Below are positions 26,471 to 39,479 of a DNA stretch of 64,000 nucleotides, piece after piece (the stretch's first letter is position 1; each line of letters starts with the position of its first letter). A program made the translations under genes and the position numbers. The notes under the pieces are model-generated. The model was not told the origin of the DNA. It saw nothing but the letters and a program-made list of their open reading frames with translations, and made no database searches. Source of the stretch: Malacoraja senta (lineage: Eukaryota); assembly GCA_038087875.1 (NCBI GenBank), contig CM075987.1, forward strand, positions 20,522,001-20,586,000, in the 5' to 3' direction.

Positions 26471-27674
26471 CAACAGCCGGCTACAATGTGATATTACAAC
26501 AAATGATTAAAAACTTCCATCAAAAAGTTAAGCTTTAAGAAAGAGGAAAGGATGAGATGGAAAATTATTTCAGGAGGTAACTGCAGAGGTTATGGCCTTA
26601 GCAGCTCTGTTTCAGAGTTCTCTAGGGCCTATCGCAAAGTAGACTCTAGCTTTCTCAAGTGGTCAAGACCAAAGTAGTAGTTAAGAGGGAATTAACGCTG
26701 CTGCTCTCTTCAAACAGCCTATCACCCTCACCCCAGCCATTTCCTTTTCTCTCTTCCATTTCTGTGAGAAGATACAGGCGCTTGATAGCTCAAATATCCA
26801 GACTTAAGAATAGCTTCTTCCCTGCTACTGACAGACCACTGAACCAATCATCTCTTTCACACCTCATTCCCGGAGGTGCTGTCACATATTCTTAACTCTA
26901 CTTCATTCAGTGATTCTGTTATTGTACTTTTGTTCTCGGATCCTGTCCATAACAATGGTTCCTTAAATGTAACTTTATGCAACTAATTTTCCCACATTTT
27001 CTGGTTAAAAACTCTGAAATTTTAAAGAAAATTACTTTCCTTTGGACATTCTGCCAGTGGTTTAAATCACTTAACCTCAAATTTTCAACTCACTCCCATG
27101 AAGTAGTAGTTATTTTATGTACCCATGCTCTAGTCAATGATTTAAATCGTACCCTCAGATTTTCAATCCACTTTCCAGAAACAGTCTGTATTCCATCAAA
27201 GTATCGATTCATAAATTTCTCATACATTCTCCTATCCAACAAAGAAACAACACAATGGTTTAAATAGTCTCCTGCAAGGTATGTTTCTGTGATAAGGCTC
27301 ACATGATGCGCACTAGACTATTCCATATGATGGTGATCAGTGGTGAGAACCCTGGCTGAATTTTCTCCTCCCTTATCATAGAGATCAATTGTTGAACCTT
27401 CAATGTCAACCTGGCTGAGAGCAGCCAACCCCACTTAGAACAGCATTAAATGTATAAGCTCTCTAGTATTAATGACTCAGCTACATTGCAGTACACAAAG
27501 AGATCCCAAATTTCCATTTCATCTGCTTTGTAATTAAATTAAAATAAACATTAAGTAAATTATGCTTATCCATGTAGGAGAAATGCAGCAATCTTAGCCT
27601 TGCAGAGGTTAAAATTCAAGAACATTTGTTCAGCTGACATATTTATTTGTAATCTATATGCTGAACAGATAAGC

Positions 27675-28980
27675 AAGCGGCAATAAGCGAGTTCAGTATT
27701 CCGAAAAACGCAAGGAATCATGGGATTTGTCAAAGTTCATTCGAGAAAAAATAGCGAACGGGGATGCCAGGTAGCAGGAGAGCCGGGTGTAACAGCGAAA
27801 GAGGGGGTAGATACATGTGAGAGACAGGGGGAGAGACTGGTCCGACGGAGAGACGGTGATAGGTGGGGGAGAGAGAAAGGGGGTGAAAGACTTGCGTGTT
27901 TGTGTTTTGCTCATGGATGTGTTTAGTTTAACATTCCGTGGAGGGAGGGGGGGGGGGTTGGTTGCAGAGACAGGCAATGTCCCCCAGTCTCTCCCTCCAG
28001 TCTGGGGCGGGGGGATGGGGGATGGAGGGATTGTCCTAGCGCCGGGGAATTCTTCCGGAAACGGGGTGTCTGGGACCTGCAGTGAAGCCGCGATAGCGAG
28101 TTCATCTCCCCGCCGCCTCGCCTTTACCCGCGGACAGGCGTTGGTCCGTAGAAAGGAACTGCAGATGCTGGTTTACACCGAAGGTAGATACAACGTGCTG
28201 GAGTAACTCAGCGGGACAGGCAGCATCTTTGGAGAAAAGGAATAGGTGACGTTTTGGGTCGAGACCCTTCTCCAGAGATGTTGCCTGTTCCGCTGTGTTA
28301 CTGCAGCATTTTGTGTGTATCCCCGTTGATGACTGGTGCTCGGCTTTCGTTGGCACTGAGGGGGTTAACCGACAGCCACTGGTTAAGGCGACAGTGTAGC
28401 TGATGGTCCCCGTCCCGTCGGGGAATGGGTTCCTCGGGAGATGGAGCAGAGTTGAGCTGGAGTTAGTGCTTCTTCTCCGTACTGGCTGTAAGCCTGGGGC
28501 TGCCACTGCTCTGGGCCGGTGTCCCATCAGTCCAGTGTCACCCCAGACATCTCCAGCCGCCCCCGGACAGGGATGGGACACTCGGGAGGGGATGGGGACG
28601 GTAGTGAGACTCCGCTCATAAATCTGCTCCTGGGGTTATGCAGGAGGGGTGCGTGGTTTGCCCCTGTATAATAACCCCGTATAACCCGGGAGGGCAGCCC
28701 GAGTGAGAATGGAACCCATACACATAGGCTAAGGGGAACCGGACCGTGATTCATTAGATTGTCACTGCTGAAATTTCTGCATGGACCTAGAGAAGGGAGA
28801 ACTAGTGTTGCTAGCTCCAGTAGCAATTCAACAGCGCTTGCAGCGCCGAAGGCCCAGTTCGATCCTGATGAAACGCAAGTCTGTACACAGCCGGCAGCTC
28901 GGCTGCCGAGAATGTTTATCCCCAGTGACCTATGACCTGGGCATGCGCAGTTGGAATGCCAAACTCGCTTATTGCTGCTT
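27675..28980. mobile_element. Non-autonomous TIR DNA transposon (possibly Kolobok-like) with nested Penelope palindrome (28150-28320)
   Basis: About 29-bp imperfect TIRs AAGCGGCAATAAGCGAGTTCAGTATTCCG / TGGAATGCCAAACTCGCTTATTGCTGCTT; TSD not clean. Confidence 0.7.
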
Positions 28981-29005
28981 TATATACATATGTGAAGGAA
29001 CTCAC

Positions 29006-29071
29006 CCAATAGCAAATGCACATGCTGTTCCAGTTAGGAAAAGCCAAAACCACCACTTCACTGAAAATGAG
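29006..29071 (-). CDS. POMT1: POMT1 exon 7
   Basis: SFSVKWWFWLFLTGTACAFAIG; AG/GTGAGT; 66 nt. Confidence 0.95.
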
Positions 29072-29167
29072 CTGAAACAAAATGTAATTGATGAAAGGCA
29101 TTAATGTCTACATTGCACACTTTCCATAGTTTACAACATAAAATATTACAGTAATGGTTCATCATAC

Positions 29168-29279
29168 CTGTTTTTCTGTATATTGTAGAATTTCAGATAA
29201 GACAAGACCGCCAGCAGTGCAAAGAAAATGAGAATGGGTTCCAGAAGCATAAACCGTGACTGGGTTATTAAGGAGTTTT
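29168..29279 (-). CDS. POMT1: POMT1 exon 6
   Basis: [37 protein letters not shown]; AG/GT; 112 nt. Confidence 0.96.
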
Positions 29280-29399
29280 CTATTTGGAAAAAGAGAACTG
29301 CAATATTGGAACGGCATAAATTTTGTACAAATACATACTACTTGTAAAGCAGACATTTCACAATGGTAGAAATGAAATCTAACACACACTCAACACGAA

Positions 29400-29775
29400 C
29401 AGCTGCATTGATATATGGATTTGGTGACGGGGCTGATTTTGCACATGTGAGATTATGTCTTACAAATTTGACTTGCATATTTTGACAAGTAACCAAAAAG
29501 GTTGACGAGGGCAAAGCCATAGACGTTGTCTATATGGACTTCAGCAGGGCCTTTGATAAGGTTTTGCATGGTAGGCTGCTCTGAAAGATTAGATTGCATG
29601 GTATCCAGGGAGCTGGCTAGACAGAAAATTGGCTTCATGGAAGGAAGCAGAAGGTGATGGTGAAAGGCTGGTTTTCAGACTGGAGGCCTGTGAACAGTGG
29701 TGTGTCTCAAGGATCATTGCTGGGCCCTTTGGTGTTTATGGTATATATCAATTATTTAGATTAGAATGAACATGG
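29400..29775 (+). mobile_element. CR1 RT fragment
   Basis: CLTNL, DVVYMDFSRAFDKV and GVSQGSLLGP motifs. Confidence 0.8.
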
Positions 29776-30002
29776 CCTCCCCAGGGAAAAATAAAAGAAA
29801 GGTACTTGAATAGATCATCCGAATCATAGGCATACCAACTCCTAATAGTGGTTAGTAACCTGTTATGGAGACAGAGGTAATATAAATAAAATAACTGGTG
29901 CTGTAAATAAACCTCATTCTGCACAACTGTAAAAGGGGATTCTCAACACCACACTCAGCAAAGAGTATAATAGTAGATACTTTCTACCCTGGATATTAAC
30001 CA

Positions 30003-30970
30003 TCTCTTTAATACTAAAACTCTTCCTATTGTTTGTGCCGACACTGTGCCAATCTACTTTTCCTATCTTCTTCCAAACGCTAGGCCACAGCCTTCCCATT
30101 TTCACACATCCTATTCACATTTTTCCTGTTGTGGCAATAAACATCTTCCCGTCGCATTCCCACGTATATTTCCGATGATATTAATACTTAATTTAAAAAA
30201 CAGCCCCAAAAACTCACCCATTTCAGGAAAAATAACCCGAGTGACGCCACAATGTACTCGCAAGGCAGGACGGGACACTCCGGAAGGGAGGGGCGCATTA
30301 GCGGTCAACGAGGAGTGGCGGCGGCTGCTGGCACCTGACGGAAAGGGTGGTGCCGCGGGCCCTGGCTGGTACCGAGCATGGTGCTCCAGCTGGGGTGAGA
30401 GCCGAGCACGGGGGTTGGGATGGGGCTGTGACCGGGGCCGAGAAAGAAGCCGCCACTGGAACCAAGGACAAGAGTGGGTCCAGGGTCAGGGACGAGCCCG
30501 GAGATGAAGTCGGGGCCTGGACTGGAGCCACGCGGCGGCCGAGCTGACGGCTGGAGTCTACAGCCAGGGCCGGGGCAAGTACAAGAAACAGGCCGATTTC
30601 TTGGGGGAAGAGGATGAGGGAAATGAGGAGGGAGATGGGGTGGGGGGTGGGGTGGTAAAGGGAGATGGTGGGTTGTGAAGGTGGGAGATGGGTGCAGGAA
30701 GGAGATGCCCCCTCCCTATCTACCCTCACTCCCACCCTCTCTACCCCCCCTCCCACCCACTCTAATCCCCCTCCCTCTCTACCCCCTCCCTCTCTTGGGA
30801 TTGGAGGGCTGGTGAAGAGGAGGAGGGAGTGCTGGGTGATGAGGAGCAATGAGCCGCGCCTGCTCAGTTGGGGGCTATGCGTGAGTGGTGCAATATTGTG
30901 TTGGGGGAACGGGTGAGTTGTGGAATCTTGCGTTGGGGGAGCAGACCCTACGGGTCCGCACTTGGTTTAT
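30003..30970 (+). mobile_element. Non-autonomous Helitron
   Basis: 5' A|TC...ATACTAAAACTC; 3' hairpin GACCC-tac-GGGTC then CTTGGT with a degenerate CTAG end; similar to 52932-53920. Confidence 0.6.
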
Positions 30971-31049
30971 TTAAATATAAAATTTTAACGTCATAACACT
31001 TAAAATAACACAACTATTTCATTTTTGTTTAATTATGCTATCAAATTAC

Positions 31050-31196
31050 CAAACATGATAAGGAGGGCAGCAACAAGAGCAGAGGTGTGAGAATACTTGA
31101 GTTCTACGATAATCTGGTATGCCAGCGAGATGCAGAGAGCCCCAGCCAGAGCTGGAAAGAGCCTCAAGTTCCAAACTGGGACAGTCCCTGTGTATT
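31050..31196 (-). CDS. POMT1: POMT1 exon 5
   Basis: EYTGTVPVWNLRLFPALAGALCISLAYQIIVELKYSHTSALVAALLIMF; AG/GT; 147 nt. Confidence 0.96.
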
Positions 31197-33064
31197 CTGA
31201 GCAAAAGAAAACACAAATGTTATAATAATACACCATTGTGAAATATGAATATTTGTGAACCATAGTAAACACACAATCAGCGAAAGCCTTCCCCATGTTT
31301 TAACTGATATTCCAACTCAACCACAGAATATGAGAAATAGAAACAGAGGCCCTCAAAGGGTCTTGGACCTGAAACGTTAAATCGGTTTCTCTTTCCAGTC
31401 TGCCAAGTGTTTTCAGTATTTTCTGTTTTTAGTTCAGACTTTTCCATGTTTGTGCACATTTTAAACAGAATGACAGGAAAGCGACTATTGAAAGAAGGAG
31501 AATTTACCTGATGACCCATCTGCCCATCTAACCTGTTCTAGATGCCCATGCATAGTTAGAACTTCCAAACTTCCAGTCTGCTGATTGCTGATCTTGGGAG
31601 CACAAGAAGATAATTATCTAACGGCAAGTGGATAATGAGTGGAACCTGACCCCAAATTGACAGAAGTAAGATCAAGTCATCAAGGTGATATTTAGATATT
31701 CTCTGGCTCACAGCTTAGTGATTACAATACATGACCACTCTGAGTAGTGGACACTGGAATTCTGTGCCTGGAAGGATACGGTAGAAATGTATGTAGTGGG
31801 ATTCAGTTTGCTAAAGAGGACTGCAAAAATCAATTAAAGGGCATGACAATAAATCAACAATAGCACACATCCAATGACGTATTTCATATATTCAACAGTG
31901 TGCTCCAGTGATCAAAGAAAGTCTCTGCAAGAAGGATGCACCAAGGCTAACTAAGGAAAATGCAAGATGGAAAGAAAATTCATATACTGCTTTAGATAGG
32001 CACATGCAAATGCAGGGAATAGAAAGATATAGATCATGTGACTGTTCTGTTGCTGTACTGTTCTACGTTGCAATGATTAATGGTCAGCCAGAGGATTGGA
32101 ACATTTTTCAGAAACTGATAAAGATTGACTAATGAAGAGGGAGATGTTTGAGTTTTAAGATTAAACTATTAAATAATTAAAGAAATATAGCAAGTATATA
32201 AAAAGTGAAAGATACTCTCATACTCCAACCACTCAACAAATGTAGATCAATATGGTTAAATGATGCTATTTCAATATAAACAACCTAGTGGATTCAAACT
32301 AAGGCATTATCTGTAAAAGAAGAAACAAAAATGCTGGAAATACTCAGGTCATGAAGGTTGTGTGGACAGAAAAGCAGAGTTAACATTTCAGGTTGATGAC
32401 ATTTCGTTTGAATAATTCTCGTTTCTCTCTCTCTCAACAGTTGCTGCCTGACCTGCTGAGTATTTCCATAATTTTCTATTTACATTTCAGATTTACAGCA
32501 TCTGTAATTTATTGCCTTTAGAAAACTCTATTAAACCCAAACTATATATTTATGGCCTGACTTTAAATTTTGATTACAGCCACAAATATTTTATCCAAAT
32601 GGATTCAATATTGCAACAGGAAAGAATCAATATGGATGTATGTTCTAAAATACACATGTAACAAAATGTCCTTGCATCAATATCAGAAGTTGGAAATGCA
32701 TGACTATGGGCACAACAGTGAAAGTATAAATATGTTTTATAAGTATGTTACTTTCTCCAGGAGGCACCATTAATACACATTAGCAGACACTCAATGATCC
32801 ATTCAAAGCCAGTAGGTGGCATATGTGCAACAGGTAAAAGTATTTAGTGAGCGTTTGTTTCCTTATACAGGTCCACCACCGATTTTCTGGTATCCTTGAT
32901 TCCAGTCTTTCTGGATTATCCATTTTGCTGGACCAACAGAGGTCAAGGCATCTGAGAGAAGTTCAATGGTATCGGAACAGTACCTCAGTACCGGGGAGTC
33001 TCACTTAGTTTGATACTGCTAACTTTCACTACAAAATACGGTGAAAAAGAGCAATGATTCCCAC

Positions 33065-33115
33065 CTGCACCAATTCTATTCCAAGCAAAATTTCCATCAA
33101 AACCACCGAGATAAG
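33065..33115 (-). CDS. POMT1: POMT1 exon 4
   Basis: YLGGFDGNFAWNRIGA; AG/GT; 51 nt. Confidence 0.95.
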
Positions 33116-33599
33116 CTGAAAATGAAATAGATGTGCATAGCAATTAGTACTCATTAATCAATCAATCAACATTAAAAAACATTTTTGAAAGTAAATACTT
33201 TGCAACTTTTCAGTTTTGAAAAGATTCATAAAAGCAACATTATCTTAGTATAGTAAAAAAAATTGCAACCACAGCACATCAAAAAGAGTGCAATGACTTA
33301 ATGGCAATTTTACATTTTTCCGTTTATTGAATGCTGTACATTCTAACTCAGCTTGTGCTGTGTGGTAGCCTACACCCTTCAACAAACTGCACAATTTGCA
33401 TATTGCTTAAATGCAATGCCAAGATACAAACTAAAATTTAGATTTGCCAACCATGCAAAGCTGAGACATGGAGCAGCACAATAAAGCTAAGCAATGCCAC
33501 AAAGGATCAGGTCAAAGCCTTGCAGTCCTCTTGTGGTGGACAATTAAATAGCAAACAGGAGGAAGCTCCAAGAACATTCACAGACTCTTTAATGATGGA

Positions 33600-34265
33600 G
33601 ACAAAGTGAGTTTCAAAGACAATGCTGAAGCACCTGCAGCAACCTTCCGCCAGAGGAGTTGAGCGGATATTGAGGACTGCGGGCGGCAGAAGATCCCAGA
33701 GGGCCACGGCCTTTAATCAGCCAAACGCAAGACCCGGCGGACGGTAGCATGCAAGGGTAAGCTGCTGAGCCTACTCTGCTCGTAGGACCTGGTGGACCGT
33801 GGCCTGGAAGGGGGAACCTGTTAAGCCGGCCCCTGCTTGACCCCGTAGACCAGTGATTGGGAGGAGGGAGCCAGTAACGACGAAGGATGCGACAGGCGAG
33901 GAACAAGGCTAGTCGGAGAGGAGAGGGACCTGGGGTCTGGCCTACCTCCCCCCTCAAAAACGGCTGTGGGAGGCACCCCCCGGGCGAGGAGAGAACATCG
34001 CTTCACTGATCGATCCACATGTCCAAGGAAGGTGATGGTGGAGACCCTGCCTAGGGCTTGCCATGAAAGGGCACCGTTCAACAATTGAGCACGGAATCTG
34101 CACTTTGAAAATGGTGCTAAATCATGGTACCTCTTGCATGCAGGATCAGTAGACTATTTCTGTACAGTTTGCTAATCAGGGATGTGCTTAGGTATAGCAA
34201 TACTCTACTGGACTATTTGTAAGTAAAGAATTTCACTGTGCATTTGGTATATGTGACAATAACTG
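33600..34265 (+). mobile_element. Degenerate GC-rich LINE-derived element
   Basis: GC-rich body ending AATTTCACTGTG...ATGTGACAATAA, a tail type like the 8595/19503 family; boundaries approximate. Confidence 0.45.
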
Positions 34266-34549
34266 CATCATTGAGCCATCTATTCTTTCTCCCGAGACCA
34301 TCAACCTCGTCAGCTGATTTATTTCATTTCAGGCAGTATTAAGGAAAAGGTAAGAGCATATGACACTGAAAAAGCTTTGGTGCAGAAATAGGCCAGGTAT
34401 AGTAGTGAAGACCTGTGCTCCAGAACTAGCCACACTTCCACCAAAGCTGTTCTAATGCACTTACAAAACTTGCATCTAATCAACGAGGTGGAAAACTGAG
34501 CCAATAGTCTTTTGACAAAAGCAGCACCAATCCAATACAGCTCTAAGAG

Positions 34550-35000
34550 TCTGCTGTCAATAAGCTAGTTCGGTATTCCGACTGAATGATCAGGTCATAG
34601 GTCACTCGCCATAAACATTGTCGTTAGCGGATCTGCTGTGTGTTATCAGAACTTTGTTTTCATCCCTATTTTCCAGCTTTGATTCTTCTCGGTAAGAAAA
34701 TACTGCTTTCAAACTATGAATTAGTTGAATTTATTGTTCCATTGTATAAAGCTACAATGATTTTGTCATTTTTATTGATTTATGCTTCTCCATGGGGTCG
34801 GGGTCCGTGGTCGAGCCCGGGTCTCGGGCGCTGTTGAGTTGCTGCTGAGCCGTCCCCGTCCCCGTCCGGAGGTGTCGGGCCAGGCTTGCAGCCGGCGCGG
34901 GGGGGGTGAAGCGCTGGCTCCAGCGGGCCGGGGACCGCCGGCTGCGCTTCTCTCCTTGTGCAGTGGCTGTCGATTTGGCCTTTATTAAAATCTGACAATG
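34550..35000. mobile_element. Fragment of the 27675-28980 TIR family (one end, inverted)
   Basis: CAATAAGCTAGTTCGGTATTCCG plus CAGGTCATAGGTCAC, the reverse complement of the 28921-28980 end; right boundary uncertain. Confidence 0.55.
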
Positions 35001-35576
35001 TGCACTGTAACCATATGTGATTTTTTTCTGTTACAAATCTCAAATTGTGAAGTACAGAGGCAAATAAATAAATGATGGGTCTTTGTCCCAAACATTATGG
35101 AGGGGACTGTATGTTGACAGTGCCTGTCCTTGACAACGAGGCAGTATTTGACCAAATATGGAATAAAGAAGCCCAAATAAAATTGGATTCAGTAAGAATC
35201 ACCAACATCCTTTTGTTACCATTGTTACCATAGACAAAAACATTTGATAATTTAATGGTAACTTCAAAATTAAACTACTGGACTATAGATTCAGACACAT
35301 AAATTCAAATTTACGCACAAATTAAATAAATCTGGAACTTTACAAATAAAGTTAATCTTATTAAAGGTAGCCATGAAACTATCCGATTGTCATTAAAAAT
35401 GCATCTGGTTCACCAACATCCTGCAGGGAAACAAATGTACTACTTTTACATAATCTGTCCTTTATATGTCTCCAGACCATTGTGAATGACTCTTAACTGT
35501 CTCCTCAGCTTAGGGAAAATTAATGACGGGCAATAAATTATTTTTTTCAGTCTGTTGTCACATATTTGAATACGTT

Positions 35577-36040
35577 TAGTTTAGATATTCAGCAAGGAAA
35601 CAGGTCCTTCGGCCCACCAAGTCCGCACTGAACATCGATCACATGCTCACTAATTCTATCCTACACACTGGGAGCAATTACAGAAGCCAATTAATCTACA
35701 AACCTGTACATCTTTGGTGTGTGGGTGGAAATCGGAGCAAGGGAGAAAAGCCACGTAGTCACAGGGAGAAGATACAAACACTGTACAGACAGCACCTATA
35801 GTCCATGCCAACCTGTTAACAGTAATTCTATGTTATCCCACTTTCTCATCCACTCCTTTTATACTTGAGGTAATTTTGCAGAGGCCAATTAACCTACAAC
35901 CCCACAGGGATGTGGAGTAAACTGGAGTACTCGGAGAAAACCCACGATGTCACAGGGAGAACATGCAAATGCCACACAGACTGCGCCAGAAGTCAGGATC
36001 AAACCCAGGTCTCTGGCTCTGTGAGGCAGCAGCTCTCCCA
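35577..36040 (-). mobile_element. Two adjacent tRNA-SINE fragments
   Basis: Reverse complement of the 11700/55545 SINE body, twice. Confidence 0.7.
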
Positions 36041-36275
36041 GCCCAAGTCTTAGGGAAGTCAATAATCTTGTACCAACAAAGCCAAAGAATACATAATATG
36101 AACAAAAAAATAAAATAAGATGAACATTTACGCCCTTTGGTCTATTATCAGAAACTTTAAAAATTTCTTTGCTATTCTTCAAACAGTGAGGTTTGATTTA
36201 TTTTGACTGTTAGTGGTAACAAAATGACTTTAATGCTACAATAATTTTAAAACTTTTCTTTAGAAGTTTCCTTAC

Positions 36276-36382
36276 CTCCAAGAGCCAGAATCATGTGGCC
36301 AAGGGGTGGTCCACTGTCATCAATAAAAAACGTTTGTTTCATGTACAATGAAACAAATTGTCCATAATAAACTTCATCAAAC
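36276..36382 (-). CDS. POMT1: POMT1 exon 3
   Basis: [35 protein letters not shown], containing the PMT-family DE motif; AG/GT; 107 nt. Confidence 0.97.
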
Positions 36383-36509
36383 CTGGGAAGAGAATTTAGA
36401 TACCATAATCAATAAACTGCTGAAGAACAGGAAAATACTGAGCTGATAGTATAATGATTTTTTTTTCATGACAAATCCAACAAAAAAGATTGAGACTACT
36501 TTTTAAACA

Positions 36510-36850
36510 CACAGACCAGACATCCCAACATTGACTCCATCTACACTTCATGCTGCCTCGGGAAAGCAGCCAATATAGCGACTTGTTCCGTCCCGGTCAT
36601 TCCTTCTTCTTCCCATTCCCATTGGGCAGAAGATACAGAACAGTGAAAGTACGCACCACCAGACTCAGGAACTGCTTATTCCCCTCTGTTATCAGGCTTC
36701 TGAACATTCCTTCCATAAGCTAGGGTACTGTCTGTTTCACCCATACCCATTGCAGACTTTGGACCCTCCAGAACTGGTGCACTACAGTGCTGTACGCTCC
36801 ACTCCTTATCTTTCCTTTTGTTCTACTTATTGTACTTGAGTTTGACTTGA
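36510..36850 (+). mobile_element. Rex1/Babar-like LINE 3' fragment
   Basis: GRRYR..RTTRLRN..FP..IRLLN-type C-terminal remnant; related pieces at about 23990-24245 and 26700-26860. Confidence 0.55.
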
Positions 36851-37119
36851 TTATAATTATGTCGACAGTGCCTGTCCTTGAATTATGACTTTTTAAACCC
36901 AAAAGAATCAACAGAATAAAAAAATAGAAACAGATGTTAAATACAAATATATGCTTTACACATTAGAGGTTCTGTTTAAAAAAAATATAAAACATCTACA
37001 TCCTTACATGGCCCTTGGTAATGGAGTAAAAGACCACAAGCATCTGAGACCTTTGATAACTTGCGAAACAGATAACTTGCATGAAAAAAACACCTTTGGA
37101 ACAAGCAATATCTACTTAC

Positions 37120-37241
37120 ACAATAGCTCGAGGATATTGCAGTCCCCACAGTCTGCTTCCAATTCCTAGGACAGTAAGGATGGCTAAAACCACATCAATC
37201 TGCACTGTGATTACAATTGGCATTTTCAGCAAATCAACCAT
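37120..37241 (-). CDS. POMT1: POMT1 first coding exon (exon 2; exon starts at 37251, ATG at 37241)
   Basis: Translates MVDLLKMPIVITVQIDVVLAILTVLGIGSRLWGLQYPRAIV, like the human POMT1 N-terminus; AG acceptor, GTAAGT donor; 122 coding nt. Confidence 0.93.
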
Positions 37242-38519
37242 TTTCCCTGTTCTGCAAGAAATAACAGGCATTTATACAGATGAGTAGAAAATATCTCTCA
37301 AAACCTCATCAATCAACCCAGAACCCACAGAAACTGAATAGAAGACACAGATATGTGTCAAATGTTGCAATTGTATTATCTGAATCGGTTCAGGCAGAAG
37401 TGTTTCAATACCAACAACCACAGTAAATACTCCACTGCTTGCTTCATAAATTAGTCTGTTGATGTGAAATTGCACCACTGATGAACAACACGTATGTGTC
37501 AAATAAACAAAACTGCACAATTCTCATCCAATGCACCTCATAGAATCCATAACATTAGCTCTTAGCATTCACCCTTGCTGGAGATATATAATGTACAAGT
37601 TATCTAGACAGTATCACTGCAGTAGTTCAGTCAGGTTTTATGGTGCAGTTGGTATCAACAAATATTTGGATGGGTCAATCATCGTGGGGGAAACAGGGTT
37701 TGAAAAATGTCAAATTGAACACAGATAGTGCAATCTACCCTAGCCCAGGCTTTATTATTTACCACTTCAAGCAGCCTGTAGAATCCATGTAAAATGGCAA
37801 ATCTTGCAAGATATAATTTACTAATAGGCGCCCTTCATATTAAGTACAGCGTTAGTTTAAACATACGGCAAATGTCTGTCCACCGAATTCTGAGTTTATC
37901 CTGAACATCTCTAATAGTCATGAGATTCACTGAAAAGAACAAATCTTACAACAAATAATTTTTTACTACATCAGGATCAAGTTAATTATCAGTGAAATGA
38001 GAAACAATAAGCCTGTATTAGTTTAGTTGTGAGAAATATATAATGGCTGAGTTCAAAGGTTTAAGTACTCAGATGCAAAGGCTGTTCTGCAGGTAAATGT
38101 GGACACCAGTGTTATCATCTCTCAAAGTGGGTTAGGGATATTTTAAAACTTGAATGGAAGAGGCGACATGTTTCCAAGTTCCAAGATGTGGGTTCTTTTG
38201 TTCCTTGATGCAAGGTGGGAGGTGGTGTGACCAAACATTGACCAGGGAGAGTTGACTGCACTGTCTGGGAGGAGGGAAGACAGATGGACTCGGTGGAGAG
38301 AGCAGTGGAAGGGGACAGTGGAGGAAGACAGGTCTGGACACTGGGGCGGTTGTAGGGTCTGGGCAGTGGAGGGGAAGCTGGATCCGGGCAGTGTAGGGAG
38401 GGGGGGGGGGATAGGGTGTGGGCAGTGGAGAGGGGGCGGGGTGCGAGTAATGGAAAGGCGGGGGGGGGGGGGGCAGGATGTGGGCAGTGGATGTGGGAGT
38501 GTGCGGGTAGTGGAGGTGG

Positions 38520-39440
38520 GAGGGTGCGGGCAGTGGAGGGGGGCAGGGTGCGGGCAGTGGAGGGGGGGCAGGGTGCGGGCAGTGGAGGGGGGCAGGGTGC
38601 GGGCAGTGGAGGGGGGGTCAGGGTGCGGGCAGTGTAGGGGGGGCAGGGTGCGGGCAGTGGAGGGGGGGCAGGGTGCGGGCAGTGGAGGGGGGGCAGGGTG
38701 CGGGCAGTGGAGGGGGGCAGGGTGCGGGCAGTGGAGGGGGGGCAGGGTGCGGGCAGTGGAGGGGGGGCAGGGTGCGGGCAGTGGAGGGGGGGGCAGGGTG
38801 CGGGCAGTGTAGGGGGGGGCAGGGTGCGGGCAGTGTAGGGGGGGCAGGGTGCGGGCAGTGGAGGGGGGGCAGGGTGCGGGCAGTGTAGGGGGGGCAGGGT
38901 GCGGGCAGTGGAGGGGGGGCAGTGTGCGGGCAGTGGAGGGGGGGCAGGGTGCGGGCAGTGGAGGGAGGGCAGGGTGCGGGCAGTGGAGGGGGGGCAGGGT
39001 GCGGGCAGTGGAGGGGGGGCAGGGTGCGGGCAGTGGAGGGGGGGCAGTGTGCGGGCAGTGGAGGGGGGGCAGGGTGCGGGCAGTGGAGGGAGGGCAGGGT
39101 GCGGGCAGTGGAGGGGGGGCAGGGTGCGGGCAGTGGAGGGGGGGCAGGGTGCGGGCAGTGTAGGGGGGGCAGGGTGCGGGCAGTGGAGGGGGGCAGTGTG
39201 CGGGCAGTGGAGGGGGGGCAGGGTGCGGGCAGTGGAGGGAGGGCAGGGTGCGGGCAGTGGAGGGGGGGCAGGGTGCGGGCAGTGGAGGGGGGGCAGGGTG
39301 CGGGCAGTGGAGGGGGGGCAGGGTGCGGGCAGTGTAGGGGGGGCAGGGTGCGGGCAGTGTAGGGGGGGCAATGGAGGGGGGGCAGGGTCCGGGCAATGGA
39401 GGGGGGGGGGCAATGGAGGGGGGGCAGGTGCAGGCAGTGG
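38520..39440. repeat. G-rich minisatellite, 24-26 bp unit GGGCAGTGGAGGGGGGGCAGGGTGC, in POMT1 intron 1
   Basis: More than 30 visible tandem units; degenerate units extend to about 38350. Confidence 0.95.
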
Positions 39441-39479
39441 GGAAAAAAGTCCAGGCACTCTACGGTGGTGTTTAACCCG

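Noticed and set aside
33507-33707. Peptide WDLLPPAVLNIRSTP resembling a Gypsy integrase segment
   Set aside because: Short, with no DDE context; the region looks like a plus-strand LINE-derived element.
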